Made by a program: the position numbers and the translations under genes
NCBI RefSeq assembly: GCF_006345805.1
Contig: NC_042997.1
Coordinates: forward strand, 22,010,001-22,074,000
Direction: 5' to 3'
DNA from: Octopus sinensis
Taxonomy: Eukaryota
Length of the DNA stretch: 64,000 nt
Notes under the pieces: model-generated
What the model saw: the letters and a program-made list of their open reading frames with translations, nothing else
Told to the model about the DNA's origin: nothing
Databases searched by the model: none
Shown: in pieces, positions 1 through 11,022 of the stretch
How the letters are laid out: the number at the start of each line of letters is the position of its first letter
How positions within the stretch are numbered: position 1 is the first letter of the stretch

Positions 1-189
1 ACAGAATATATAAGTGTTACAGTAAAAATGTACAAGACTTTTCACAAGTTCAAGATATTTCATTGTCTTATAAGCTACATTCCAACAGTGGAGATTTGAG
101 TCTTTGTTGATATCCAGCTCCTTCCTTACAAGAAGACTTCAACTAATCAAAAATAGAAAGAATATACATACATACAAACACACATAGCT

Positions 190-200
190 ACATAGATAGG

Positions 201-287
<87 letters not shown>

Positions 288-296
288 ATAGATATG

Positions 297-370
<74 letters not shown>

Positions 371-392
371 CACACACTATATATATATATTA
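190..392. repeat. Compound microsatellite (GATA)n then (TA)n
   Basis: Direct reading. Explains ORFs 139..375, 147..377 and 188..373. Confidence 0.95.
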
Positions 393-538
393 TAAAATAT
401 TATTAGAGACAAAACCACTATTTTGCAAAACAAACAAGGAAAGACTTAATCAATACATAAAATTTTAATAAATAGTCAAAAAAACCGCCACTACAATTGT
501 TTCTTGTCTTGATCGACAATCTTCAGGTGGACTTCCAA
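387..538 (-). mobile_element. HHR-bearing repeat family P1, copy 1 (Penelope-like pLTR-type, partial)
   Basis: Near-identical to 716-866. Carries an HHR on the minus strand. Its 3' end abuts (TA)n. Confidence 0.7.
488..530 (-). ncRNA. Minimal type I hammerhead ribozyme motif (P1)
   Basis: Minus strand reads CCAC-CUGAAGA-UUGUC gaucaa GACAA-GAAA-CAAUUG-UA-GUGG: 4-bp stem I, canonical core, 5-bp stem II, palindromic stem III, GUA triplet. Confidence 0.8.
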
Positions 539-604
539 GAAAGGTGTTCTGTTAATCGTATCAGCTGTGACCCTCGTCGTCGTAACCGACGGAGTGCTCC
601 TCTA

Positions 605-612
<8 letters not shown>
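538..612 (+). repeat. Inverted duplicate of the SINE 3' tail at ~3578-3651
   Basis: agaaaggtgttctgttaatcgtatcagctgtgaccctcgtcgtcgtaaccgacggagtgctcctctatgtgtg is the reverse complement of 3578-3651. Both are followed by (TA)n. Confidence 0.9.
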
Positions 613-637
<25 letters not shown>

Positions 638-818
638 AATAATAAATATTAGGGAATAAATCCAAATTTACAGGGAAAAAAAATCAGATTTAGGATTAAA
701 TCCAATTTTATAGTAAAATATTATAAAATATTATTAGAGACAAAACCACTATTTTGCAAAACAAACAAGGAAAGACTTAATCAATACATAAAATTTTAAT
801 AAATAGTCAAAAAAACCG

Positions 819-861
819 CCACTACAATTGTTTCTTGTCTTGATCGACAATCTTCAGGTGG
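819..861 (-). ncRNA. Minimal type I hammerhead motif (P1 left arm)
   Basis: Same 43-nt motif as 488-530. Confidence 0.8.
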
Positions 862-880
862 ACTTCGACTTATTGGAAGT

Positions 881-923
881 CCACCTGAAGATTGTCGATC
901 AAGACAAGAAACAATTGTAGTGG
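881..923 (+). ncRNA. Minimal type I hammerhead motif (P1 right arm)
   Basis: ccac(881-884) ctgaaga(885-891) ttgtc(892-896) gatcaa gacaa(903-907) gaaa(908-911) caattg ta gtgg(920-923). Confidence 0.8.
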
Positions 924-1102
924 CGGTTTTTTTTTGACTATTTATTAAAATTTTATGTATTGATTAAGTCTTTCCTTGTTTGTTTTGCAAAATAGTGGTT
1001 TTGTCTCTAATAATATTTTATAATATTTTACTATAAAATTGGATTTAATCCTAAATCTTATTTTTTTTCCCTGTAGATTTGGATTTATTCCCTAATATTT
1101 AT

Positions 1103-1139
<37 letters not shown>

Positions 1140-1345
1140 TAGTTCGTATTTGTATTTGGTTTGCAAGATTCAATAGTATATATATATATATATATATAAA
1201 ATAAATATAAGAGAGTGGTCACTATATGGCTCACTCTAGCACCAGTTAATCCAAAAGGTTTCAACCACAAAAATACATGTTTCCCATGAAAGTCAGTACG
1301 ATTGTTAGCTCACACGGACAGGGCAAATAAAAAATAACAAAAATA

Positions 1346-1441
1346 CAGATTATTTTGGGACAACTGTTTCGCTATTAATGAATTAAATGTAATTTTACTT
1401 ACAAAAAAATCCACTTGTAGCTCGTCAGCCAAAACTATCTG
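1346..1441 (-). ncRNA. Type I hammerhead motif, P2 unit 1 (stem III variant CAGUUG)
   Basis: Reverse complement of 3129-3224 except caattg>cagttg. Predicted cleavage after C at 1359. Confidence 0.75.
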
Positions 1442-1880
1442 GATGAAATCCACTCAATCACACGCCAGATTTTACCATAACGATAAATACGCGTGTGGTT
1501 CAATTGATTACATCCGACGTTATAATTCAAATGCCCCAACTAACAGCGCGCCAAACTTTCACGGAAAACAAATACTGCATTTAGAAATAAATGCAGCATA
1601 ATTATAATTAATTAATAAGGGTGAGAGAATTAGATACTAATTTAATAGTATATCTATTCAACACCAAGTAGCCTAGTGCTCCGAGAAACCTGGATTATTA
1701 TAATATTTTATAATATATTATAATATTTTTACAAAATAAATATAAGAGAGTGGTCACTATATGGCTCACTCTAGCACCAGTTAATCCAAAAGGTTTCAAC
1801 CACAAAAATACATGTTTCCCATGAAAGTCAGTACGATTGTTAGCTCACACGGACAGGGCAAATAAAAAATAACAAAAATA

Positions 1881-1976
1881 CAGATTATTTTGGGACAATT
1901 GTTTCGCTATTAATGAATTAAATGTAATTTTACTTACAAAAAAATCCACTTGTAGCTCGTCAGCCAAAACTATCTG
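1881..1976 (-). ncRNA. Type I hammerhead motif, P2 unit 2
   Basis: Reverse complement of 3129-3224. Predicted GUC cleavage after 1894. Confidence 0.82.
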
Positions 1977-2413
1977 GATGAAATCCACTCAATCACACGC
2001 CAGATTTTACCATAACGATAAATACGCGTGTGGTTCAATTGATTACATCCGACGTTATAATTCAAATGCCCCAACTAACAGCGCGCCAAACTTTCACGGA
2101 AAACAAATACTGCATTTAGAAATAAATGCAGCATAATTATAATTAATTAATAAGGGTGAGAGAATTAGATACTAATTTAATAGTATATCTATTCAACACC
2201 AAGTGGCCTAGTGCTCCGAGAAACCTGGATTATTATAATATTTTATAATATATTATAATATTTTTACAAAATAAATAAGAGAGTGGTCACTATATGGCTC
2301 ACTCTAGCACCAGTTAATCCAAAAGGTTTCAACCACAAAAATACATGTTTCCCATGAAAGTCAGTACGATTGTTAGCTCACACGGACAGGGCAAATAAAA
2401 AATAACAAAAATA

Positions 2414-2509
2414 CAGATTATTTTGGGACAATTGTTTCGCTATTAATGAATTAAATGTAATTTTACTTACAAAAAAATCCACTTGTAGCTCGTCAGCCAA
2501 AACTATCTG
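2414..2509 (-). ncRNA. Type I hammerhead motif, P2 unit 3
   Basis: Reverse complement of 3129-3224. Predicted GUC cleavage after 2427. Confidence 0.82.
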
Positions 2510-2807
2510 GATGAAATCCACTCAATCACACGCCAGATTTTACCATAACGATAAATACGCGTGTGGTTCAATTGATTACATCCGACGTTATAATTCAAAT
2601 GCCCCAACTAACAGCGCGCCAAACTTTCACGGAAAACAAATACTGCATTTAGAAATAAATGCAGCATAATTATAATTAATTAATAAGGGTGAGAGAATTA
2701 GATACTAATTTAATAGTATATCTATTCAACACCAAGTAGCCTAGTGCTCCGAGAAACCTGGATTATTATAATATTTTATAATATATTATAATATTTTTAC
2801 AAAATAA

Positions 2808-3492
2808 ATATAGTGACCACTCTCTTATATTTATTTTGTAAAAATATTATAATATATTATAAAATATTATAATAATCCAGGTTTCTCGGAGCACTAGGCC
2901 ACTTGGTGTTGAATAGATATACTATTAAATTAGTATCTAATTCTCTCACCCTTATTAATTAATTATAATTATGCTGCATTTATTTCTAAATGCAGTATTT
3001 GTTTTCCGTGAAAGTTTGGCGCGCTGTTAGTTGGGGCATTTGAATTATAACGTCGGATGTAATCAATTGAACCACACGCGTATTTATCGTTATGGTAAAA
3101 TCTGGCGTGTGATTGAGTGGATTTCATCCAGATAGTTTTGGCTGACGAGCTACAAGTGGATTTTTTTGTAAGTAAAATTACATTTAATTCATTAATAGCG
3201 AAACAATTGTCCCAAAATAATCTGTATTTTTGTTATTTTTTATTTGCCCTGTCCGTGTGAGCTAACAATCGTACTGACTTTCATGGGAAACATGTATTTT
3301 TGTGGTTGAAACCTTTTGGATTAACTGGTGCTAGAGTGAGCCATATAGTGACCACCCTCTTATATTTATTTTGTAAAAATATTATAATATATTATAAAAT
3401 ATTATAATAATCCAGGTTTCTCGGAGCACTAGGCCACTTGGTGTTGAATAGATATACTATTAAATTAGTATCTAATTCTCTCACCTTATTAA

Positions 3493-3501
<9 letters not shown>
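2808..3501 (+). mobile_element. Inverted P2 copies (~1.3 units), head-to-head with the tandem array
   Basis: 2826-3501 is the reverse complement of ~2138-2812 with a few differences. 13-nt centre at 2813-2825. Ends in (TA)n. Confidence 0.88.
3129..3224 (+). ncRNA. Type I hammerhead motif, inverted P2 copy
   Basis: Stem I cagatagttttgg(3129-3141)/ccaaaataatctg(3212-3224) pairs 12 of 13 incl. one G-U. Core CUGACGA 3142-3148, stem II gcta/tagc around a 43-nt loop, GAAA 3200-3203, CAAUUG, UC (3210-3211). Confidence 0.85.
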
Positions 3502-3581
<80 letters not shown>

Positions 3582-3586
<5 letters not shown>

Positions 3587-3796
3587 GAGGAGCACTCCGT
3601 CGGTTACGACGACGAGGGTCACAGCTGATACGATTAACAGAACACCTTTCTCATGAAATTATCGTGCAAGGGGCTGGCCACCCCACAGACACGTATTCAC
3701 TTAACGTAGTTCTCAAGGACACAAAGCGTCGGCGGGAACTGAAATCACAATCTTACGATAGTGAGCCGAATGCCCTAACCGCTAAGCCACACACTC
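3582..3796 (-). mobile_element. tRNA-derived SINE (family C variant)
   Basis: Minus-strand head gagtgtgtggcttagcggttagggc (A-box-like), similar to 33101 and 47367. Tail runs into (TG)/(TA)n. Confidence 0.7.
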
Positions 3797-3815
3797 GTAT
3801 ATTAATATATATACA

Positions 3816-4567
3816 TAGGGTGCAGTAGATTACACAAAAGTGAAAATGACACTGACATCTCAATTTAACAGATATATTCATCAAAATTACATAAAAATAT
3901 CTTGAAATACTTAGAGTAAATTTTATCAATAATATCGCCATTGGCTTCAACCTCGGCCTCCAGACGATTTCGGAATTTCCTGCATCTCTTCTGTTTAAGA
4001 TGGTGAATACTGCCATAATCCTTGCCTTCAGTTCATCTATGACGTTACAAGGAGTTTTGTTGGTTTCTTGCTCAACTGCGCCCGACACATAATAATCTGG
4101 GGAGATAGGTGTCCAGATGTTAGGTGTGATGTGGTCGCAGAAATTGTCTGACAGCTATGACTGGATTCTCCAGCTTCTGTGGATTTGTGCAGAGTCTTGT
4201 TACCAAACATAGGGTCTTCCAGCAGCCACTCACTTGACCCAGGGCAGCACTACCTCCTCCAGGCACTTGATGTAGGGTTCCGTTTTGAGTCTGAGGCCAT
4301 GTGAGAAGATGAATGGAGACATAGCGTCACCATCACAAGTGATCACTCCAAACACCATGATGTTGAATAAATGTTTGACTCTTATCACTCTCGGTACATG
4401 TTTTAGGAACACGACAAACCAACGGTTGTTCTGTGTGTTAACCATCTGTTCGTATTGGAGTTCCCGGCGCGAATGCCAAGCAGTACAGCCTGTCATTTCC
4501 AAATTCCTAGCACAGTGAATTGTGTCATGGTGTTGTTTTTCTCACAGACGGTGTCCAACTGACCCTA
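3816..4567 (-). mobile_element. Tc1/mariner relic, maT (DD37D)-like, internally deleted
   Basis: ORFs 4230..4502 (NTQNNRW..IMVFGVI..YIKCLEEVVLPWVK) and 3753..4088 (VEQETNKTPCN.IDELKARI), plus QDSA and SPD motifs. Imperfect TIRs tagggt(g)cagt with terminal TA. Confidence 0.75.
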
Positions 4568-4721
4568 CTATGCTATGTAGTCGACAAAAACAAAAATAAA
4601 CAATGCGCAAGTGCGAAATTGAAAATACAAAATGATGACAATTTACCCATCGCACCCTGTATACATATATATATATATATATGTGTGTGTGTATGTGTGT
4701 GTATTCAAGTGTTTATGTGCA

Positions 4722-4755
<34 letters not shown>

Positions 4756-5468
4756 GTGCAGAAAGGGGAATCAATAGGCATTGCTACTGTGTTATTACAC
4801 GGCTAACAGTTGAGAAAGAGCTAGAGATAGATGGCAAGTTCAAAATAGACTGGGAAACTAAGAGGCGTTCGTTAATTCTTGCGAGTGATGAAGTGTTTTG
4901 AGTAACTACAAATTCTTTTTCCCTATGTCAACCCACGACGTTGAATCTACCCAGAAGGCGGTGGGTTAAGAATTGAACCGTCATGCTATTGATTTAAAGA
5001 GTAATTAATTATTATTACAGACGTCAAAGAGTTAATCGCTGATATACTGTCCAATATTTTGTGGTCCCTGTTTCTGTTCACAATACCTTTATACGATATT
5101 TCCAACAGCTTATCCAACAAATAGTTTATACAAGAAACTAAATGTCCTAGTGTGTTCAGCAGGCAATTTTCATTTAATTTTGTTATCCATCTGAGCTTCC
5201 TATGTTATTTCCTTATTACGTGCACACCAGGAATCTCCTGGTGTAGCAGCTGTAAACAAGCAGGTATTGATTGTCGAAAACCTATTATCAAATCTTTTCC
5301 TTTTGTATCTAGCGATTTCATCAATAACTTTCCGAGTGGGAGTGGTAGTTATTTTTCTTCCTCCTATCGTCAAAAATGGGCATTATCTAATGATAGGTTA
5401 CAGAAATTGAAAAAGTGTTTCAAACAGCGTTTTTAAATTGTTTCAAACAGATACATACATGCATATAA

Positions 5469-5610
5469 GTATGTATGTATGTATGTATGTATGTATGTAT
5501 GTATGTATGTATGTATGTATGTATGTATGTATGTATGTATGTATGTATGTTGTATGTATGTATGTATGTATGTATGTATGTATGTATGTATGTGTGTGCA
5601 TGTGTGTGTG
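5469..5610. repeat. (TATG)n and (TG)n microsatellite
   Basis: Direct reading. Confidence 0.95.
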
Positions 5611-5799
5611 TGTGCGTGCGTGCGGACACAGGTGATATATAAAAACAATTTAACACTAAACTGAAGGATTATTCAATTCTTTAGAGTAGAATGCATGTTT
5701 ATTAAAGCTTTACAAAGCAACTGTTGACTGTGATTTCGAAGTAGCGGCTTGTCCTCCGTTAAGGTCAGTGTTAAACTTTTATATACATGCATGTATGTA

Positions 5800-5821
5800 T
5801 ATATTATAGATATATATATAT

Positions 5822-5893
<72 letters not shown>

Positions 5894-5905
5894 TATATAT
5901 GAATA

Positions 5906-5950
<45 letters not shown>
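5800..5950. repeat. (TA)n microsatellite
   Basis: Direct reading. Confidence 0.95.
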
Positions 5951-5955
<5 letters not shown>

Positions 5956-6047
5956 TAATCCAAACGGGAAAACAGAAAAAACAACAACACGTGGAACAAT
6001 TAAAGTATTATTATTATTAGGCGCTCAGGAAAAATGGAAGAAGGAGG

Positions 6048-6082
6048 GTATGACGTTTCGAGCGGAGCTCTTCGTCGGAAAC
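6048..6082 (-). ncRNA. Degenerate hammerhead-like motif (U4C core, mismatched stem I)
   Basis: Minus strand GUUU-CCGACGA-A-GAGC ucc GCUC-GAAA-CG-UC-AUAC. Stem II and GAAA intact; core and stem I deviate. Confidence 0.35.
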
Positions 6083-6805
6083 ATAAGAGAAGGAAGAAAG
6101 AAGAAAGATCCCGATGTAGGCGAACAGAGGGAAAAAAACGCGACTGGTTTTTACGAAATAAACATGCTGAAAGGCCGGAAGTTTTGGATAACAAGGGCTG
6201 GTTTTTAAAGACAAAAGAGCGGAGACAGGAGGGTTGGTAACAAGAATGATGTGTATGTATGTGTGAGTGTGTACGTGTGCGTGTGTGTATGTGTGTGTAC
6301 GTGTGCGTGTGTGTATGTGTGTGTGAGGTGAGATAAAAAATATATGCATATGTTAGTGCGTGCGTCTGTATGTAAGTGTGTGTACGTAGGGCGAAAAGTA
6401 GTTGACATAGCAGTCTCAAGTGAGTGGTCAGTAGTAAAAGGAGGAAGGAGGGAATGGGTGGGGGCGTATGTAACGTGCCAGTGTGTGTGTTGAGTGGTAG
6501 TGTGTGTGTGTCCAGTGTGCGTAGTTGTATGTATGGCAAGTAAATTTGAAGTGTGTGTAAGTGTAATGTATATATATATGCAAATGTGTGTGTGTGAGTG
6601 CGTGGGAGTGGGTGTATGTATGTGTGTGCGTGTGTGTACAAAAGGGGGGGTATTAAGGAAGCAAACTGCAACTGAGGGAAAGATGGAAGAGTGCTCCCGC
6701 GGTGACAGGCGTAGGAGAAACCCAAAGACACGCGCCGGGCCCCAGATACGAACAGGAGATCTAGTCGGTACCCACGGGCGTGGTGCATGCATGCGTGTAT
6801 GCGTG

Positions 6806-6842
<37 letters not shown>

Positions 6843-6848
<6 letters not shown>

Positions 6849-7331
6849 AAAGAAGTCATCTTATCATGGCTAATCACATTGGGGAGGGGGTGTTACTGTA
6901 GCTTTATAGCCCCAAGAGATCGTCGTCTCTAGCTGGTTTTAGACACAATATCAGTGCTCTTGGAGTATTTGCAAAGGGAGGCCATCCCTTCCTCGCAAGC
7001 CTGAGTGATACGCTCGAACTAGTTTCGCGATTTTTGTCCCTCGTCAACGGGCGGTAACCACCAGGTCGCGAAGAAAGTGAAGGCTGCTTTGCAAATATAT
7101 ATAAGTTACCTGGTGGTTACTGCCCGTTGACGAGGGACAAAAATCCCGAAACTAGTTCGAGCGTATCACTCAGGCTTGCGAGGAAGGGATGGCCTCCCTT
7201 TGCAAATACTCCAAGGGCACTGATATTGTGTCTAAAGCCAGCTAGAGACGACGATCTCTTGGGGCTATAAAGCTACAGTAACACCCCCTCCCCAATGTGG
7301 TTAGCCATGATAAGATGGCTTCTTTACTTTA
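6843..7331. mobile_element. Head-to-head palindrome, family P3 (224-bp arms 6843-7066 and 7108-7331, 41-bp spacer)
   Basis: Arms are reverse complements with scattered mismatches. Left end abuts (TA)n. Each arm has an HHR-like motif. Confidence 0.9.
7122..7162 (+). ncRNA. Minimal type I hammerhead-like motif with U3 variant (P3 right arm)
   Basis: gcccg-UUGACGA-ggga caaaaa tccc-GAAA-ctag-UU-cgagc. Stem I has one mismatch. The left-arm copy (7012-7052, minus) has tcgc in stem II. Confidence 0.55.
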
Positions 7332-7380
7332 CATTATCGAGCGATTACTGTTTCAATCTCATTCTGAGATTTAATTATGC

Positions 7381-7440
<60 letters not shown>

Positions 7441-8166
7441 GAAAAGCCCGCCCTTACCAGGCAATTTTTACAATAGAATGTCTTATATAAGTTCTTATTT
7501 ATTCCATGCCAGAGCATGCCTTCCCCGACAGAGAGGCCTCTTAACCGGGACAGATTTAAGCAATTTTTCGCCCAAAAACTTCGTTGTGGATATTTTTTTC
7601 CTTTTTAAACTATTTACATTTGTTCGACCGTTTCACATGACTTTATTCATTAAAACTTCAGTTCTTACAGCTTTGGTCGTCGTAATGCTTTGCCTTCGTT
7701 TGTTTAATAAAAAATTCCTCCTACTAATGGTTTTGCTTTCATTTCGTGATACACAGCTATCATGCAGAAAATTCCAGCTTCCAAATCCTGTTTTCTGATT
7801 AGGTAAAATTGACTAAACTTTAAATCTCAGTGACATTTTCCTGCAACTTTTCAGCGACAAACAAATGAACATGCACAAACGTACATGCTTAGCTATGACA
7901 TGCCCAATGTTTGTTTCCTGTAACACTTTAAACTGCTGTAAATAGCAGACAGATTTTCACGAGATTTGTACATAGCATCCGAATAAATCTTGGTTTAAAC
8001 ATATGAAAGTATGAATGTAAGTATACATACATGAATTCAAATATACATTTTTTATATATGTACGTGTGCGTGTGTATGTGTGTGTGTGTGGTGTGTATGT
8101 GTATGTGTGTGTGGTGTGTGTTTGTGTGTGGTGTGTGTGTGAGTGTGTGTGTGTATGTGTGTGTGT

Positions 8167-8218
<52 letters not shown>

Positions 8219-8829
8219 ATCTATACTCTATAAGCTCTTACACGCTAATTCAAAGACCATGTAGTTCATAATACACGTCGTCGAAAACCATGGAAATTCA
8301 CGTACGTGAGCGTGGCAAATAGCGTGTTATAAGAGCACTGGGAGTAAGGTACTTGTTCGCTAGGTAAGGCTTGTCTCAAAGACAAGGTTATTCTGATATA
8401 ATTAACCCAATGAGTAGGGAATGATCTTGGTCGTTCAAGCGATTCACAATTGGTGCTGAAAGTCAAGACGCCACAGCACGCCCGAGCTAACGACCTTTAT
8501 TGACACAAAATACGCTATCTCGGCTTCCGTCTGGAGTATGGCAGTAGGAATGGCCAGGATATGTAAGGTGTTGCGCAATCTAGCCGGCCCTAAATTTCTG
8601 TACTGATACTGCGTTGCTGACATTCCTTTAATCACTTAATGGTCTTACTCAAACATGACTGGACAGTCAAAATGTATGTATGTATGTATGTCGTTGTTCA
8701 ATTTTATTTCAAGATATCTTGCCAATAGAGAAAGAGTCGGTATTTAATCATTTAAATTCTTTCTCTAAAAAAAGAGCTGGTCTCTAACAAAGATACAAAG
8801 GTCCATCTTTGGAAAGTAGATAACAATAA

Positions 8830-10790
8830 CAATGTCACATCTTAAACTTGAGAAAAGTCTCTTGCAGATAGTATTTGTAATGTGCGAATCAGTGCGCTGA
8901 TTTGTTTTTCTGAAAATCCAAGTTTATCCAGACTGACAGTTAGGCATTTACTTACAAAACCAAGTGCGCCAATTATTATTGGTATAAATTTGTAATCCTG
9001 TTATAAAAGCTACAAGTTTCGCAGCTGCTGCCCATAGTTATCTTCTTTCTCTTTGATTTTCAAAGTGATATTCACACCAGCGGGACAGCTAACGTCTATA
9101 ACGGTACATAGTCTGTCCCAAACAATACCCGATCTGTTATGTTTAATCTTGACATGTTTTGATGTGAATGTTTCACTAGTATTCCTTCAGCTATTATTTG
9201 TGTACGTATTCAATAACAAGAGGATTTTCTATATTTATTCCAGGACAGTCATTTTTCAAAATGGTATTGTATCATTGTTTTTGCAACATCGTTATGTCAC
9301 ATTCAGAGATAGTACTTTGATGACATTTTTTGGCAGCTGCTAATCACATGCGGGATGTCTTTCACAGAAGTATGACATAATCTACATCTTGGAACTACAA
9401 GGACTTCACTGTCTCTTTTGTTGATTAGATAAATAGTAGCAATATCCTGTTTTTGGATTGCAAATGCACAGCCTTCGAAATGTGATGCTGTGTAATGGGT
9501 CGAGTATCCAAGAAAGGCTTCGCTTCATGTCAATGTTACTATCTTCTTCAAGTCTACGAGAAATATACCCATGCATAGTCTTTTTTTACTATGATGAGCG
9601 TTTCATTTCCAGCTCTTCTTTCAGGTTGTCCGGCTGATTAGGGGCTTGTATGGGAGGTCATCAGGAAGAGTGTACTTCATGAGGGACTCAATTCCATCAC
9701 GTAGAATATTGTTTTCTTCACTTTTCAGCACTAAATTAGTGTATTTATTTTTGCTGCTGCTGTTGTTTACAAATGCTGTCTGAGACAGACTATGTAACAT
9801 TCGAAGGTTGTCTGAACTGATCTCAAACCCCGACCTCCTTTATCTCTTCTTATGTAGAGCCTGTCTATATCACTATCTTTGTGGATGCTTCCAGCTGATT
9901 TTAGAATCTTGCGGGTTTTAATGTCTACGGAGTGGGTTTTTCTATAGGCCAGTCAAGTATCCCAAATGTTGGAATCAGATCTGATACTTCAAAGGAATTG
10001 CAGGGTATTGTTTTAAGAGGAGAGTTCGTCTACCATATTTTTCTTAGTCTGGTTTAATATTTATGGGTCACTATCTTTATTCGCAGTAACTTGGTATGAT
10101 ATATTTTCATCAATACCAAGGTACTTGTAGCATTCTTTGTGCGGGACAGGAGAAATAGTGAGGCCACTGATGCACAGGTTTTGTGTCTGGGAGACAATTA
10201 AATAAGATTATTTCTTCTAAAATTCCATTCCTATGTCACCTGAAAATGTTGTTATTATTTCTAGTTGGGTTTTTTTTCTGTCTTTTTTTTTTGGCATTAC
10301 TCTTTTACTCTTTTACTTGTTTCAGTCATTTGACTGCGGCCATGCTGGAGCACCGCCTTTAATCGAGCAACTCGACCCCGGGACATATTCTTTTGTAAGC
10401 TCAGTACTTATTCTATCGGTCTCTTTTGCCGAACCGCTAAGTAACGGGGACATAAACACACCAGCATTGGTTGTCAAGCAATGCTAGGAGGACAAACACA
10501 GACACACAAACACACACGCATATATATATATACACATATACGACGGGCTTCTTTCAGTTTCCGTCTACCAAATCCACTCACAAGGCTTTGGTCAGCCCGA
10601 GGCTATAGTAGATAACACTTGCCCAAGGTGCCACGCAGTGGGACTGAACCCGGAACCATGTGGTTGGTAGACAAGCTACTTACCACACAGCCACTCCTGC
10701 GCATTGTTAACATTTTTAACATAAACCTTAAGGTCATCCACACAGAAATTATGGGTTACATTAATATCTCTTGATTTTGTAGCAGGAATT
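8830..10790 (-). mobile_element. Decayed R4-clade (RLE) non-LTR retrotransposon, family II, split by a SINE
   Basis: Minus-strand peptides HNFCVDDLKVY (RT motif, ORF 10676..10936), YKYLGIDE, DIDRLYIRRDKGGRGL, HVISSC and IIGALG. Many stops and frameshifts. Confidence 0.8.
10299..10700 (-). mobile_element. Full-length tRNA-derived SINE (family A) with 5-bp TSD GCATT
   Basis: Head gcaggagtggctgtgtggtaag, B-box-like gggttcagtccc, (AAAGAGT)n tail. gcatt at 10294-10298 and 10701-10705. Same family as 27618. Confidence 0.85.
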
Positions 10791-10899
10791 ATATGTATGT
10801 GTGTGTATGTGTGTGTAGATGGATGGATGGATTGATGGATTTTGTATGTATGTATGTATGTATGTATGTATGTATGTATGCACGTATGTATGCGATGGT

Positions 10900-11022
10900 C
10901 TTCCACGGAGTTTCCATCAATGAAGTCCACTCTCAAAGCATTGATCGGCCTACAGCGCCATGCAGTAGAACTGAACCTGAAACCATGTGGTTATGGAGCG
11001 AAATACTTAACCACACTGTCAT
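10900..11022 (-). mobile_element. SINE family A, head fragment
   Basis: ctgaacctgaaaccatgtggtt matches the head of 10299-10700. Confidence 0.55.

Larger units (their letters stand above)
634..1110. mobile_element. Head-to-head palindrome of two P1 copies (arms ~634-866 and 876-1110, 9-nt spacer)
   Basis: Arms are reverse complements apart from two substitutions and a 7 vs 9 nt homopolymer. (TA)n flanks both sides. Confidence 0.9.
1198..2812 (-). mobile_element. Tandem array of three ~535-bp HHR-bearing units (family P2; retrozyme- or Penelope pLTR-like)
   Basis: Units start at 1198, 1733 and 2268 (535, 535, 533 bp) and differ at only a few positions. One HHR per unit on the minus strand. 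Left end abuts (TA)n. Confidence 0.85.

Noticed and set aside
1198-2812. CRISPR-like or protein-coding tandem array
   Set aside because: Units are ~535 bp and near-identical with no unique spacers or ORF, in a eukaryotic context.
5200-5385. ~60-codon ATG-less minus-strand frame (RKVIDEIARYKRKRFDNRF..) and the 9-bp hairpin acaccagga/tcctggtgt
   Set aside because: No recognisable family and weak splice context. Could be chance or a transposase relic.
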